Notes: generated by a model from the letters alone, not told the origin. Numbered from the stretch's first letter, positions 19,408 to 28,551 are shown. The stretch is 64,000 nt of DNA from a virus (IMGVR_UViG_3300021399_000141); one strand, 5' to 3'. Made by a program: numbers and translations.

Positions 19408-20325
19408 TTAGTAATCTGAATTTGCTACCTGACAAGTCAAGAGACCTAGTTCTCTCCACATCGACACACATTTGTTGCTGTCTTCGAAGACACATAGCAC
19501 GTTGTACTTGTCTTGTATCTGTTGTTCGTACATTTTGCGTTTGTATACTTCTCCTGAAGAGAAATCTCTCTGACTGCGAGTAATCAGCTCCCATCTGTTG
19601 TTCAGACCCTGTTTTGGGTCTTGTAACCATTTCAAGGTATCCCGTTGTGCACATTTGTTGCGACCAGTCAAGAAGAATACCTTGGTACCATTCGCCATGT
19701 GGAAGTTCAACAGATCACGCAAACGGGGATCGATCTTGTCCGTCAATAGTCTACCCCATTCGAACGGCTCTCGCCCCTGATGTAATGCCAACGTAGCATC
19801 TAGATCACAGATGATACAGAGCGGAAGGGTGGGTTCTGGTTGTCTGATGACTCTCTTGTCTGTGAGCTCGTCCCGGTACCTCTCATGATAGAACGTATCG
19901 TAGAACTTGGCAATAACATCTCGAGGAATGTATTCTTTGGCGCGAACTCCAATCTCTTTGTTGCGTTTGTAACTTTCAGCGTACGGAACATATAATTGCT
20001 TGATCACCAATTCCGCGCCTGTTTCGTTTGCGAGCTTTTCGAACTCCTGAATACGCCGTGGATTGATGTTGTAGGCATCGACAATGATGTCCCAGCTCAG
20101 ATGTGGATATCTGTTGAATTTATCCAGGATAGTTTGACGCTCGGTCTCTAGAACAGAGCCCAGGGTATTTATAATATAACCCTTATCCGTGGATTCCCAA
20201 CTCAGGTCTCTGGTGCTGATCATATGTACACAGATATCCGTAGGTGCCTCGTTCCAGTGTTTCCTTGCCCAAGTCGTCTTACCACTTCTGGGCGGGCCTT
20301 GTAATAGAATGATTTGTCTTTTCAT
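19408..20325 (-). CDS. pnk: polynucleotide 5-prime-kinase/3-prime-phosphatase (Pnkp-like)
   Basis: N-terminal Walker A GPPRSGKTTWA; C-terminal HAD motif I ICDLDATL (DxDxT) as in T4 Pnk phosphatase domain. Confidence 0.65.
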   Translation of the reverse strand: MKRQIILLQGPPRSGKTTWARKHWNEAPTDICVHMISTRDLSWESTDKGYIINTLGSVLETERQTILDKFNRYPHLSWDIIVDAYNINPRRIQEFEKLANETGAELVIKQLYVPYAESYKRNKEIGVRAKEYIPRDVIAKFYDTFYHERYRDELTDKRVIRQPEPTLPLCIICDLDATLALHQGREPFEWGRLLTDKIDPRLRDLLNFHMANGTKVFFLTGRNKCAQRDTLKWLQDPKQGLNNRWELITRSQRDFSSGEVYKRKMYEQQIQDKYNVLCVFEDSNKCVSMWRELGLLTCQVANSDY

Positions 20326-20756
20326 TGTTTTAGTTGGTTTTGGTATATCAACGCCAATATTTTGTTTTGATATTCGACTTTGAAGATCTGTTCTACAAAG
20401 TCTGCGAGATCGTTTGCTGCATTGATGACCTCTTGCGTCCCATAGGAATGATGATATTCCCAGGCGCGATCTACAATTTGAACGCAGCTTCCGTAACTCA
20501 AATCCTCATGATTAGAACATATCGTTGCCGCCAAATTGTCTCTGAACTTGCCTTCCTCTTGATGACGTTTGTTACGTTCTTGCAGTATAATGCGCTCTTC
20601 GGCTTGTCTGATCGCTTCGGCTACTTTGGCTTCTTCTTTACGATGTGCTTCGCGAATAGCATGTAACTCATCCAGATCGTGGATGTCGTTCAATTTTGAA
20701 ATGTCGTTATTTTGCATTTTTCTTATAGTTTTCAAGTAAACGAATGATGTCTTCAC
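20322..20756 (-). CDS. hypothetical protein
   Basis: ORF track 144 aa. Confidence 0.45.
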   Translation of the reverse strand: MKTSFVYLKTIRKMQNNDISKLNDIHDLDELHAIREAHRKEEAKVAEAIRQAEERIILQERNKRHQEEGKFRDNLAATICSNHEDLSYGSCVQIVDRAWEYHHSYGTQEVINAANDLADFVEQIFKVEYQNKILALIYQNQLKQ

Positions 20757-21066
20757 GTCCCACTGGATTAGATGAATGAGATGTGAACTCAGGAAGAGGG
20801 TTACCTGTCTCTATGCACATATCCACCAGATACTTAGCACAGTCATATCCTGTAGGACCAAGTCCGAGATCGTGATCGAAACAAACGAGATCAGGCCATG
20901 TCTCAAGAATAAGATGTTGGATAAACTCGTTCTTGCTTTTGACCCAGCTTACTACGCACTCGTTCAAAGGGACATCTAGGAACTCTTCCGCTGCGTAAGC
21001 AAGATAATCTTTCCACTCGGGGACGTTAGGGTCCCTCATGTCATCTATCCAAAGAATATGCTTCAT
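20707..21066 (-). CDS. hypothetical protein
   Basis: ORF track 119 aa. Confidence 0.45.
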   Translation of the reverse strand: MKHILWIDDMRDPNVPEWKDYLAYAAEEFLDVPLNECVVSWVKSKNEFIQHLILETWPDLVCFDHDLGLGPTGYDCAKYLVDMCIETGNPLPEFTSHSSNPVGREDIIRLLENYKKNAK

Positions 21067-21079
21067 ATATCTATATTGT

Positions 21080-21118
21080 TTTGTATATATAAATATATGA
21101 AAATAAGAAAAATATTTA
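21080..21118 (-). promoter_or_regulatory. phage promoter motif variant (CATTAAATATT ... TATATTTATATATAC)
   Basis: between tRNA-Arg and gene 20707..21066. Confidence 0.4.
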
Positions 21119-21139
21119 ATGAAAAAATAATGAGAAATG

Positions 21140-21213
21140 TGGCTCCGCTGGGACTCTAACCCAGGACCAACAGTTTAGAAGACTGCCGCTCTATACAACT
21201 GAGCTACGGAGTC
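21140..21213 (-). tRNA. tRNA-Arg (TCT)
   Basis: anticodon loop CTTCTAA; one acceptor mismatch. Confidence 0.6.
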
Positions 21214-21216
21214 TTG

Positions 21217-21609
21217 TCAGACAACCAGCCTATAGATATCATTCCACTCCAGTTCATCGTCTTCTATTGCGCTGATAGGTGTCTCACATCTATTAAGGAC
21301 GAATCCCATTCGTTGGTACCATTCTGCACAGAACTTTTCTGAATAATCATTAACTGCTATCTCAACAATACATTGCTCGATGGCATTCAGTTGTGCGTGT
21401 GCACGACACTCCTTAATAGCGCTTTCAATCATCAAAGTACCTAGTCCATGCTTTCGTAATGCAGGATTGACGTACAAATCAGACAACAGATAGGCTTCAT
21501 CACTAACGTATTTGGTGATTCGAATCATGGCGCCACCTGTACTCTCCATGATATAGATGCTTTCAGCATCTTTCCATTTTTGACAATGTGTTATCGTTTT
21601 GAAATTCAT
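21217..21609 (-). CDS. GNAT-family N-acetyltransferase embedded in the tRNA array
   Basis: motif LYVNPALRKHGLGTLMIESAIKEC (GNAT motif A-like); ORF-track N-terminal extension overlaps tRNA-His so start set at MNFKTITH. Confidence 0.55.
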   Translation of the reverse strand: MNFKTITHCQKWKDAESIYIMESTGGAMIRITKYVSDEAYLLSDLYVNPALRKHGLGTLMIESAIKECRAHAQLNAIEQCIVEIAVNDYSEKFCAEWYQRMGFVLNRCETPISAIEDDELEWNDIYRLVV

Positions 21610-21631
21610 ATTGAGAATAGTTTTGATGTGG

Positions 21632-21706
21632 GTGACCTGTGGGATTCGAACCCACGAAATACCAGAACCACAATCTGGCGCAATAGGCCTCTCTGCCAAA
21701 GCCACC
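21632..21706 (-). tRNA. tRNA-His (GTG)
   Basis: anticodon loop TTGTGGT; extra 5-prime G(-1) opposite discriminator C. Confidence 0.7.
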
Positions 21707-21781
21707 ATAAAAAGGAACACTGATTAACTGGTTCAATGTCCGAAACCTCGATAGGACTCGTACCATAGGTAAAAGCCTCTG

Positions 21782-21855
21782 AGCGGGAAACGAGATTCGA
21801 ACTCGTGACCCTCTGCTTGGAAGGCAGATGCTCTAACCAACTGAGCTACACCCGC
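21782..21855 (-). tRNA. tRNA-Gly (TCC)
   Basis: anticodon loop CTTCCAA. Confidence 0.6.
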
Positions 21856-21863
21856 ATAAAGAG

Positions 21864-21935
21864 TACCCCGACCAGGATTCGAACCCGGATCCTATGGTCC
21901 GTAGCCACATATTCTATCCGTTGAACTATCGGGGC
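21864..21935 (-). tRNA. tRNA-Arg (ACG)
   Basis: anticodon loop CTACGGA. Confidence 0.55.
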
Positions 21936-22294
21936 AAAAAAGATACCGAGCAAAGGTATAAAAGTTCGCCGAAGTGCTCTGAGACGTATACCATTGAATA
22001 GACTAATATACGACAGCTATCTGGTTGCACTTGTCCAGTTTGCGTTGTTGAGAGGCTGTTAAGTTTGTGGGCTAGGCCACGCTTTTGAGCATCAAGTTCT
22101 CGTTTTGTTGACTTCGGGCTATGTTCCTTGCGTCTCCCAGTGAGTGCTGCTCTGGTAACAATTCGATATTCCATGTGCTCTCTTTCAAGCAGATTAGCGA
22201 AGTGTTTGAAGTTCTATTCTTCAATCCTTACAAACTACCTGGATATCTATGAACTTACCCTTTTCTTGCGGTATCAATATATGTCAAAGATCTG

Positions 22295-22379
22295 TGCCCG
22301 AAGAGGGATTCGAACCCTCACGTCCATTACAGACACCACTCCCTCAAAGTGGCGCGTCTACCGATTCCGCCATCCGGGC
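22295..22379 (-). tRNA. tRNA-Leu (GAG)
   Basis: type II; anticodon loop TTGAGGG. Confidence 0.7.
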
Positions 22380-22392
22380 TTAATTTACTGTG

Positions 22393-22465
22393 CAGGGGCA
22401 GCAGGATTCGAACCCGCGACCTTTGGTTTTGGAGACCAACATTCTACCAACTGAACTATACCCCA
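22393..22465 (-). tRNA. tRNA-Trp (CCA)
   Basis: anticodon loop CTCCAAA; 1-72 mismatch. Confidence 0.55.
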
Positions 22466-22469
22466 GTAT

Positions 22470-22600
22470 AAATAATACATTTGACATGAGAATAGGAATC
22501 GAACCTATATCTGTCGTGTAACACCCATTTGCATACCGTACACTTTACTTCAGGAATTGTACATCTGAAGCGGCTCCCTTGCCGCGGTACTACCATTATA
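22470..22600 (-). ncRNA. atypical tRNA-like element with roughly 80-nt internal insertion
   Basis: perfect acceptor CATGAGA/TCTCATG, D-arm and T-arm ATAGG-TTCGATT-CCTAT, but about 80 nt of hairpin-rich sequence between D and T arms. Confidence 0.3.
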
Positions 22601-22625
22601 CGATCTCATGATTGATATTGAATGT

Positions 22626-22670
22626 TCTTCTATAATAATATATAAAAAACATTCTCTGATTTTTAGTGGA
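22626..22670 (-). promoter_or_regulatory. phage promoter motif (CCACTAAAAATCAGAG ... TTATATATTATTATAG)
   Basis: CACTAAA to TTATATAT spacing 23 nt, as in other copies. Confidence 0.5.
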
Positions 22671-22686
22671 TCATTTAATTTTTGTG

Positions 22687-22761
22687 TTGGCCCTGTGGGA
22701 TTTGAACCCACGTCCCTCGGTTTATGAGACCGCCGCTACGCACCAGCCGAGCTCAGAGCCA
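22687..22761 (-). tRNA. tRNA with CAT anticodon (Met or Ile-lysidine)
   Basis: anticodon loop CTCATAA. Confidence 0.55.
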
Positions 22762-22768
22762 ATTATTG

Positions 22769-22842
22769 TCCCGAGAACTGGGTTCGAACCAGTGACCTCG
22801 GCATTATGAGTGCCGCGCTCTGACCAGCTGAGCTATCTCGGG
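22769..22842 (-). tRNA. tRNA-Met (CAT)
   Basis: perfect cloverleaf; loop CTCATAA. Confidence 0.7.
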
Positions 22843-22871
22843 ATTTGAGAGTCTGAATCTTCTATGCCTGT

Positions 22872-23156
22872 CTACGCCATTTTGTTATGTGTTTGTATAA
22901 GTTCTCTATCATTAGGAAAATGTTTTAAGTATCTTGTCACCATGTCCTCGTTCTCAATGACATATGTTTTGAAGAACTCTTTTTTAGATTCTTCCCACAT
23001 TTCTACGCGTAGTCTTAAAGCAGGCTTGAAAGTTTCTTCTTTGTGATTCTCACAAGTCTCCGTAGGAAGGAGTATCTTCCATTCATCTTTATGAAGACAA
23101 CATGGATCACCGTCCCATATCTTGAAATATTTGCAATATAGACAAATGTTTTCCAT
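22872..23156 (-). CDS. small Cys-rich (zinc-finger-like) protein
   Basis: ORF track 94 aa, CxxC...CC...C..H pattern. Confidence 0.4.
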   Translation of the reverse strand: MENICLYCKYFKIWDGDPCCLHKDEWKILLPTETCENHKEETFKPALRLRVEMWEESKKEFFKTYVIENEDMVTRYLKHFPNDRELIQTHNKMA

Positions 23157-23158
23157 AG

Positions 23159-23232
23159 CAGCCCCACCGAGGATCGAACTCGGATTTCCACCTTGAGAGA
23201 GTGACGTCCTGTACCGGTTAGACGACAGGGCC
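23159..23232 (-). tRNA. tRNA-Glu (CTC), tentative
   Basis: T-arm CCGAG-TTCGATC-CTCGG; loop CTCTCAA; acceptor with several GU pairs. Confidence 0.4.
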
Positions 23233-23570
23233 AGATGCGACTGCTGTCAGCTCCTGTCCGTCGCGAGACCGTATGCTCTATACTTGTTGGGCATACTACA
23301 ACTCTACCTGTCTTTCCAGGTGTCTAGCCTATTGACGAGATAGGACTTTGGTCGAGATATCAGGAGTCGAACCTGTACCATTGCTGATAAAGAGGCTATT
23401 AGACTAGTATTATTCACCTCTCACCTCCCAGACCCATATGGGCGTGCGCCGTACACTATATCCCGTAATTTAGTCGCACTATCGCAGGACTATAAGCTCC
23501 CGTGCGCCTGACCTAAGCAGTACTGAAGAATTGTCAGGAGGTCCTATGTACAGCTTGAACCTATTCTTTG

Positions 23571-23643
23571 TGACCAATCAGGGAGTCGAACCCTGCTACC
23601 CAGTTTTGCAGACTGGTGCCTAAACCGCCCGGACCCATTGGTC
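23571..23643 (-). tRNA. tRNA-Cys (GCA)
   Basis: perfect acceptor GACCAAT/ATTGGTC; loop CTGCAAA. Confidence 0.65.
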
Positions 23644-23648
23644 ATTGG

Positions 23649-23721
<73 letters not shown>

Positions 23722-23936
23722 ATGGTCAGGACAGAAGTTTTTACGGGTTATTCTTCGACCTCTCCTACTCTCTAGAAGCGCTCTATTTACATACATCAGT
23801 ATTTTCACTTCAACGTTTGCAACCATTTCAGCTTCTATAACTTTCATGTTTCAGAATCCAACAAACCGTTTCATATTGGCGTCCCGCAACTACTAATGAA
23901 TGTCTTCTTCTTCCCCGTGCCTGCGCTATATCCTGG

Positions 23937-24009
23937 AGCGGAAAACGGGACTCGAACCCGCGACCTGTGCCTTGGCAAGGCACCGCTCTACCAGCTGAGC
24001 TATTTCCGC
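23937..24009 (-). tRNA. tRNA-Gly (GCC), CCA encoded
   Basis: loop TTGCCAA. Confidence 0.7.
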
Positions 24010-24013
24010 GTGG

Positions 24014-24090
24014 CGCACATCAGAGGACTCGAACCTCAATCTCCCAAAACTCCTTTCGGGCGTAATTTCCAGTTATACTATCCGTGCAAA
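24014..24090 (-). ncRNA. tRNA-like gene with anticodon arm replaced by a 7-bp tetraloop hairpin; CCA encoded
   Basis: T-arm and acceptor present, but the central region is CCCGAAA-GGAG-TTTTGGG, so no 7-nt anticodon loop. Confidence 0.4.
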
Positions 24091-24093
24091 TGG

Positions 24094-24166
24094 AGCCCAG
24101 AGTCAGACTCGAACTGACGACCTCTTCCTTACCATGGAAGTGCTCTACCAACTGAGCTATCTGGGC
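24094..24166 (-). tRNA. tRNA-Thr (GGT), CCA encoded
   Basis: perfect acceptor GCCCAGA/TCTGGGC; loop ATGGTAA. Confidence 0.7.
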
Positions 24167-24171
24167 TTATC

Positions 24172-24244
24172 GTCTCCGAACCGGACTTGAACCGGCGCCC
24201 TCTCCCCTCGTCCGGGAGCGTTCTACCAACTGAACTATCGGGAC
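24172..24244 (-). tRNA. tRNA-like with non-canonical anticodon loop GGACGAG (possible ACG)
   Basis: good D-arm GTTC-AGTTGGTA-GAAC and T-arm GCCGG-TTCAAGT-CCGGT; loop lacks U33; two acceptor mismatches. Confidence 0.35.
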
Positions 24245-24419
24245 TAGTTGCCTCTCATCAACACGAGGATTTACAAGTTTTGAAACCCCTAAACCTTTTC
24301 TGTTCACTTACCACAACAGCGTGTAGCTCATCTATAGCTCCTCAAGATGACTTGGCAGTCCTTTTTCTATCGCGCAGGACACAAGGCTTTGCGCTAGACA
24401 CGAGTCTTTTTACCGGTTG

Positions 24420-24493
24420 CGGGGCTAGGGGGATTCGAACCCACCGTCAGAAGATCGACAGTCTACCATACTAACCAACTGTACTATAGCCTC
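24420..24493 (-). tRNA. tRNA-Asp (GTC)
   Basis: loop CTGTCGA. Confidence 0.5.
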
Positions 24494-24509
24494 ATCTCAG
24501 GTACTGAGG

Positions 24510-24833
24510 TCATTCAATAACGACCTCGTACTGTGTTCTGGTGATTTTGCGATTCGACTGAATAAGATAGTCGCCTCGTCTTACATTTACTTCAAATGAA
24601 CTCCGCGCGGTCTTGACAGGTCTACCGTGTTTCAAATCATAGACATAGGTGATTTGCATAGGATTGTTTGAGATAATATCAATCCTGACTACATCCCTGA
24701 ATATGACCGTCTGTTCATTTACTACTTCTACTCGTGGATCTTGAGTCCATCCTGAATTGGTTTTCTGCACAGAACATGCATTCAATCCAAGCACTATGAA
24801 CAAGACTGCGAGTGCGTTGATAATTTTTTTCAT
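24510..24833 (-). CDS. putative lipoprotein
   Basis: MKKIINALAVLFIVLGLNACS lipobox; ORF-track N-terminal extension overlaps tRNA-Leu and is discarded. Confidence 0.5.
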   Translation of the reverse strand: MKKIINALAVLFIVLGLNACSVQKTNSGWTQDPRVEVVNEQTVIFRDVVRIDIISNNPMQITYVYDLKHGRPVKTARSSFEVNVRRGDYLIQSNRKITRTQYEVVIE

Positions 24834-24858
24834 ATTTTTATATTCTTGATAATTTGTG

Positions 24859-24938
24859 TACCCAGAGCGGGACTCGAACCCGCACCCTTTCGGACCTGAT
24901 TTTGAGTCAGGCGCGTCTACCGATTCCGCCATCTGGGC
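24859..24938 (-). tRNA. tRNA-Leu (CAA)
   Basis: type II; loop CTCAAAA. Confidence 0.7.
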
Positions 24939-25120
24939 ATGAAATAAGAGCTAGTACATGTGAATGCTCTACCTTGAACTATCCGGCCAGGTCGGCCATA
25001 CCAGGACTTGAACCCAGATCTTTCACTATGCATTTCACTCTCTTTTGTGTGAAGCTTAACACGACTTGACGACACACTCAACTACTAACTATCATCGTGC
25101 ATTCAAGTTTTCGTGTGGAC

Positions 25121-25187
25121 ACATGTGGGATTCGAACCCCTCCGTCACATTGCAAATGTGAAGTGCTAGCCGTTACACTACATGGCC
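25121..25187 (-). pseudogene. degenerate tRNA-Ala(TGC)-like gene
   Basis: perfect anticodon arm TCACA-TTTGCAA-TGTGA but weak acceptor and 3-bp T stem. Confidence 0.3.
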
Positions 25188-25279
25188 CGTATCCTATTCT
25201 TGATTATACTGGTGAATAGTGTAATATCCAGTTCCTTTTCGGAAGCAGGGTAGTTTTATTTCGTACCCTAGGAATTTGT

Positions 25280-25348
25280 TGCGGTCGTAGGAATCGAACC
25301 TCGTCTCAGGGTTATGAGCCCCACATGCTACCATTACACCACCACCGC
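25280..25348 (-). tRNA. initiator-like tRNA-fMet (CAT)
   Basis: anticodon stem with three consecutive G-C pairs, TGGGG-CTCATAA-CCCTG, as in bacterial initiator tRNA; short (69 nt). Confidence 0.5.
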
Positions 25349-25359
25349 GATATTCATTG

Positions 25360-25432
25360 TGGACCGGGACGGGATCGAACCGCCGACGCCAGGCTCTTCA
25401 GGCCTGCGCTCTACCAACTGAGCTACCGGTCC
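25360..25432 (-). tRNA. tRNA-Phe (GAA)
   Basis: perfect cloverleaf; loop CTGAAGA. Confidence 0.75.
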
Positions 25433-25597
25433 ATTGTAAAGGATTTTGAATGCTGATGCGCTTCTATCCAATGTCACATCATTTAAGATTTGTTGAGTGG
25501 GTTTTACCCTAAGAGTATTGACCTTACTCTCACTCCGGACTCCGTCTTTAGTTACCGTACACACTCTGCCACAGGTCAAATGACAAATATCCTTTGG

Positions 25598-25670
25598 TGA
25601 CCCCGCCGGGGCTCGAACCCGGGACCCCCTCATTAAAAGTGAGGTGCTCTACCAACTGAGCTACGAGGTC
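25598..25670 (-). tRNA. tRNA-Lys (TTT), CCA encoded
   Basis: loop CTTTTAA. Confidence 0.7.
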
Positions 25671-25818
25671 ATATAAAAGTGAGCCCTTACGTGTCTCACT
25701 GGATACACAGATCTGCTAAATCCATTTGGTGTATCAACGTTGAGGCTTCACCCACCGAGCATCCGCTCGCCTCGCAGTGATCTCGCATAACGACCCTGCT
25801 CAACCCCCTCAACTGTTG

Positions 25819-25900
25819 TGGGCCTGGTGGGACTCGAACCCACACCTCTTATGAGACCAGATCCTAAGTCTGGCGCGTCTGCCAATTCCGCCACAAGCCC
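25819..25900 (-). tRNA. tRNA-Leu (TAG)
   Basis: type II; loop CTTAGGA. Confidence 0.7.
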
Positions 25901-25920
25901 TTAAAAAAATCTAACCTGAG

Positions 25921-26006
25921 TGGGAGTGGAGGGATTCGAACCCCCTGCGTTTCTAATGTACTAGGTTTACAGTCTAGCGCCCATCCACCATCTGAGCAGC
26001 ACTCCC
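25921..26006 (-). tRNA. tRNA-Tyr (GTA)
   Basis: type II; loop CTGTAAA with A-C closing mismatch. Confidence 0.6.
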
Positions 26007-26084
26007 ATGAGCAATACGTTTTGTACCAATTATATTCAAAGACCAATTTCAGGCCAACTATCACTTGGAAGTCTGACTAAATGC

Positions 26085-26111
26085 TTCCGCGCGAGGTGGA
26101 CTTGAACCACT
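26085..26111 (-). pseudogene. tRNA 3-prime fragment (T-arm plus acceptor only)
   Basis: GTGG-TTCAAGT-CCAC then CTCGCGC; only 16 nt to the next tRNA, so no room for a 5-prime half. Confidence 0.35.
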
Positions 26112-26126
26112 ATCTTATTGCTTTTG

Positions 26127-26197
26127 TTGCCCTTCCAAGACTCGAACTCAGATTCCAGGGACCAGAACCCTGTGTGCTACCATTACACCAAAAGGCA
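26127..26197 (-). tRNA. tRNA-Gln (CTG)
   Basis: perfect anticodon arm CAGGG-TTCTGGT-CCCTG. Confidence 0.55.
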
Positions 26198-26552
26198 ATA
26201 TTAGGTTTTTTAAGTTGTTTTCTCAACTAATGGAGACGCCGTGAGTTTTTTAGATGAGATATAGAATCTCACACGGGGTCTGAACGTCACTGTCACCCCT
26301 CCTACCCGGAATAAGACTATAAATTTGGTTTTTGTAAGTTGTTTTCTCAACTATTGGTGGCGAACTACGACTTTCACGTAACCTCCACCGTATGGACAGT
26401 GGCGCACTGTGTACGTACACTCTACCAACTCCTCATAATAAAACACACGCGTTATTGTTTATCACTTTGGAGAACCAAGAACTAAAACTTCACGAATGAA
26501 TAATAGTTCGTTTTCACAGTAGGTTCCTATGTTCATTATGCTAATTCGCGAG

Positions 26553-26623
26553 TTGCCCTACCACGATTCGAACGTGGATTCTCTGAACCAAAATCAGATG
26601 TTCTGCCATTGAACTATAGGGCA
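26553..26623 (-). tRNA. tRNA-Gln (TTG)
   Basis: perfect cloverleaf; loop TTTTGGT. Confidence 0.75.
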
Positions 26624-26687
26624 GTATTGTGAGGTTTCGTTTTTTGATCGCCTGGAATTTTATCCCCACTAAAGAAAACAGGAGCTG

Positions 26688-26761
26688 TCGGCTGGGCTGG
26701 ACTTGAACCAGCGACCCCCGCCTTATCAGAGCGGTGCTCTAACCAACTGAGCTACCAGCCG
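26688..26761 (-). tRNA. tRNA-Ile (GAT)
   Basis: perfect acceptor; loop CTGATAA. Confidence 0.7.
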
Positions 26762-26768
26762 TTCATTG

Positions 26769-26841
26769 CCGTCTTTCGAGGGCTCGAACCTCGCATCTAC
26801 TGGTAGAATCCAGCGCTTCGTCCATGCAAAGCTTAAAGACG
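26769..26841 (-). tRNA. tRNA, anticodon unresolved (6-nt loop ATTCTA)
   Basis: perfect acceptor CGTCTTT/AAAGACG and T-arm CGAGG-TTCGAGC-CCTCG; anticodon stem CTGG/CCAG closes a 6-nt loop. Confidence 0.4.
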
Positions 26842-26895
26842 TACCTCTCATATAAAAACCTTGATAGGAACTTCCACGAGATAAAGTTTTTGGTG

Positions 26896-26925
26896 TGACC
26901 GCAACAGGAGTCGAACCTGCATTTT
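26896..26925 (-). pseudogene. tRNA 3-prime fragment
   Basis: GCAGG-TTCGACT-CCTGT then TGCGGTC with no complementary 5-prime acceptor nearby. Confidence 0.3.
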
Positions 26926-27052
26926 GTACTCGCTTCTTTTACCTCGCCAAAGGTGATATCGTGTTTCAGATACCGGAAACTTTCCATATACCTCATCAGC
27001 AGTACATCATAGTTGGCGCTACAATGCCTTATCTTATGCGATCATTTTATTG

Positions 27053-27125
27053 CGGAGTTGACGGGAGTCGAACCCGTTCCGAACTGCGTGACAGGCAGAC
27101 ATCTTAGCCGTTTGACCTCAACTCC
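27053..27125 (-). tRNA. tRNA-Asp (GTC), second copy
   Basis: perfect acceptor GGAGTTG/CAACTCC; loop CTGTCAC. Confidence 0.55.
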
Positions 27126-27292
27126 AAAAAACTGATGCTTACACGAAGATCGATCAGACTCACATCACTTCTCTTCTCCTTTTGTTATGCGTCCATAACA
27201 CTCCTCCATTATAGGAACTCCGAAAGTGGAATTTCAACCACTCGCAGCGGATTCACCATGTTCCTAAAGGTCTTGTTCCCTCAGCATCATTG

Positions 27293-27364
27293 CGGGGAGT
27301 GCGGGATTCGAACCCACAACCCACTGGTTAACAGCCAGTTGCTCTACCATTGAGCCAACTCCCC
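27293..27364 (-). tRNA. tRNA-Asn (GTT)
   Basis: perfect anticodon arm ACTGG-CTGTTAA-CCAGT. Confidence 0.7.
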
Positions 27365-27520
27365 AAAGATTGACATTCTCATTACCATACGTTAGAGTTA
27401 TTTCAAGCGCTACGACCACCATCCTCCTTTACTCCGTTCGTTGTTATATAGTTAACATCAAACTTCAAACGTTTCGAGTAACTTTACGTGATTTGCTCTT
27501 CATCGCAATGTCAATTGTTG

Positions 27521-27595
27521 TAGGGTAGACAGGATTCGAACCTGCGACCCCTTGATCCCAAATCAAGTGCTCTAACCGGACTGAGCCACTACCCT
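27521..27595 (-). tRNA. tRNA-Pro (TGG)
   Basis: loop TTTGGGA; D-arm GCTC-AGTCCGGTTA-GAGC. Confidence 0.7.
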
Positions 27596-27871
27596 GTTGA
27601 TAACCCAACTCCTAAAGACTATTGCTAGTCTAACGCTCGTTGCGTCAAAGCGTTTGTGTCTTATCTGACTATCCTTCACAGGTCATCAGATGTTATATAA
27701 ATAGTAATCTCCTTCGGGCATCATTTACAACGTGATATAGTATAGGGTCTTAAAACCTTGTTGACATAGATGCTATCGTTCGTCTCGTTATAATGGAGAT
27801 TCTATAAATGTTTCTTTTTTGCTATTCCCAATATGTCAAAGATCGTTTCGTATTAGAACTCTGTTTTGTTC

Positions 27872-27913
27872 TTCTACAATAATATATAAGAAACTTTTTA
27901 TAAATTTTAGTGA
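27872..27913 (-). promoter_or_regulatory. phage promoter motif (GTCACTAAAATTTATAAAAAG ... TTATATATTATTGTAG)
   Basis: spacing 23; heads an approximately 290-nt leader preceding tRNA-Pro. Confidence 0.5.
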
Positions 27914-27949
27914 CTTATATATTTTTTTTTTTTAATTTTTTTTGCGCAG

Positions 27950-28035
27950 TACCGCAAGTGGGACTCGAACCCACACGAACCCTTCGGTTCATCAGATTTT
28001 AAGTCTGACGCGTCTACCAATTCCGCCATTACGGC
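27950..28035 (-). tRNA. tRNA-Leu (TAA)
   Basis: type II; loop CTTAAAA; first tRNA of the array on the minus strand. Confidence 0.7.
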
Positions 28036-28266
28036 AAATAAAAAAGCCCCAATCATTAGATTGCGGCTTGTATCTTGGTAGTTAGTTAAGGTTACGTGTA
28101 TATATCGATGTGACTTACAAGCCGCAGTATATTAGAGAGCACATAGATACCAGCCCAAGAAATTTGGACGTGCATCATGTTGTTTCTTAATATTGCAGGG
28201 TTGTAATCGTGTCATATCAATTCTATAATAAATAGGTCGTTCTAAATTTTAACTAATATATAAGAA

Positions 28267-28545
28267 TCAGACCAGAAATTTAAGGAGCAGTTTACCTTTT
28301 TTAGTAGAAAACATGTTTATTATCTTTAACATCTTGATGTGTTCGTTCTCTTCAGCATCTTCTCCGTATATTATAAGATACAGGTTATCTATATCTTGAG
28401 CCCACATCTGAGCCAAAGATTTCCAAGCACCCAATTTTATCCGGTCTTGACGCAAATTCTGATTTTCTTCTCGCAGTTTGTCCAGTTCTTTTTGAAGGGC
28501 AACTACGTCCATCTCGTTCTCGTCTATTATGCTCATATCTACCAT
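28267..28545 (-). CDS. small coiled-coil protein
   Basis: ORF track 92 aa. Confidence 0.4.
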   Translation of the reverse strand: MVDMSIIDENEMDVVALQKELDKLREENQNLRQDRIKLGAWKSLAQMWAQDIDNLYLIIYGEDAEENEHIKMLKIINMFSTKKGKLLLKFLV

Positions 28546-28551
28546 AATATA

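Noticed and set aside
26955-27000. Hammerhead-ribozyme-like CUGAUGA ... GAAAC core on the minus strand near 26960-26995
   Set aside because: The required stem II between the two conserved boxes does not form (flanks are not complementary). Treated as a chance match.
27755-27800. Sigma-70-like TTGACA ... TATAAT pair on the plus strand
   Set aside because: The spacer is about 22 nt, not 17, and it points away from any gene. The minus-strand phage motif nearby explains transcription better.
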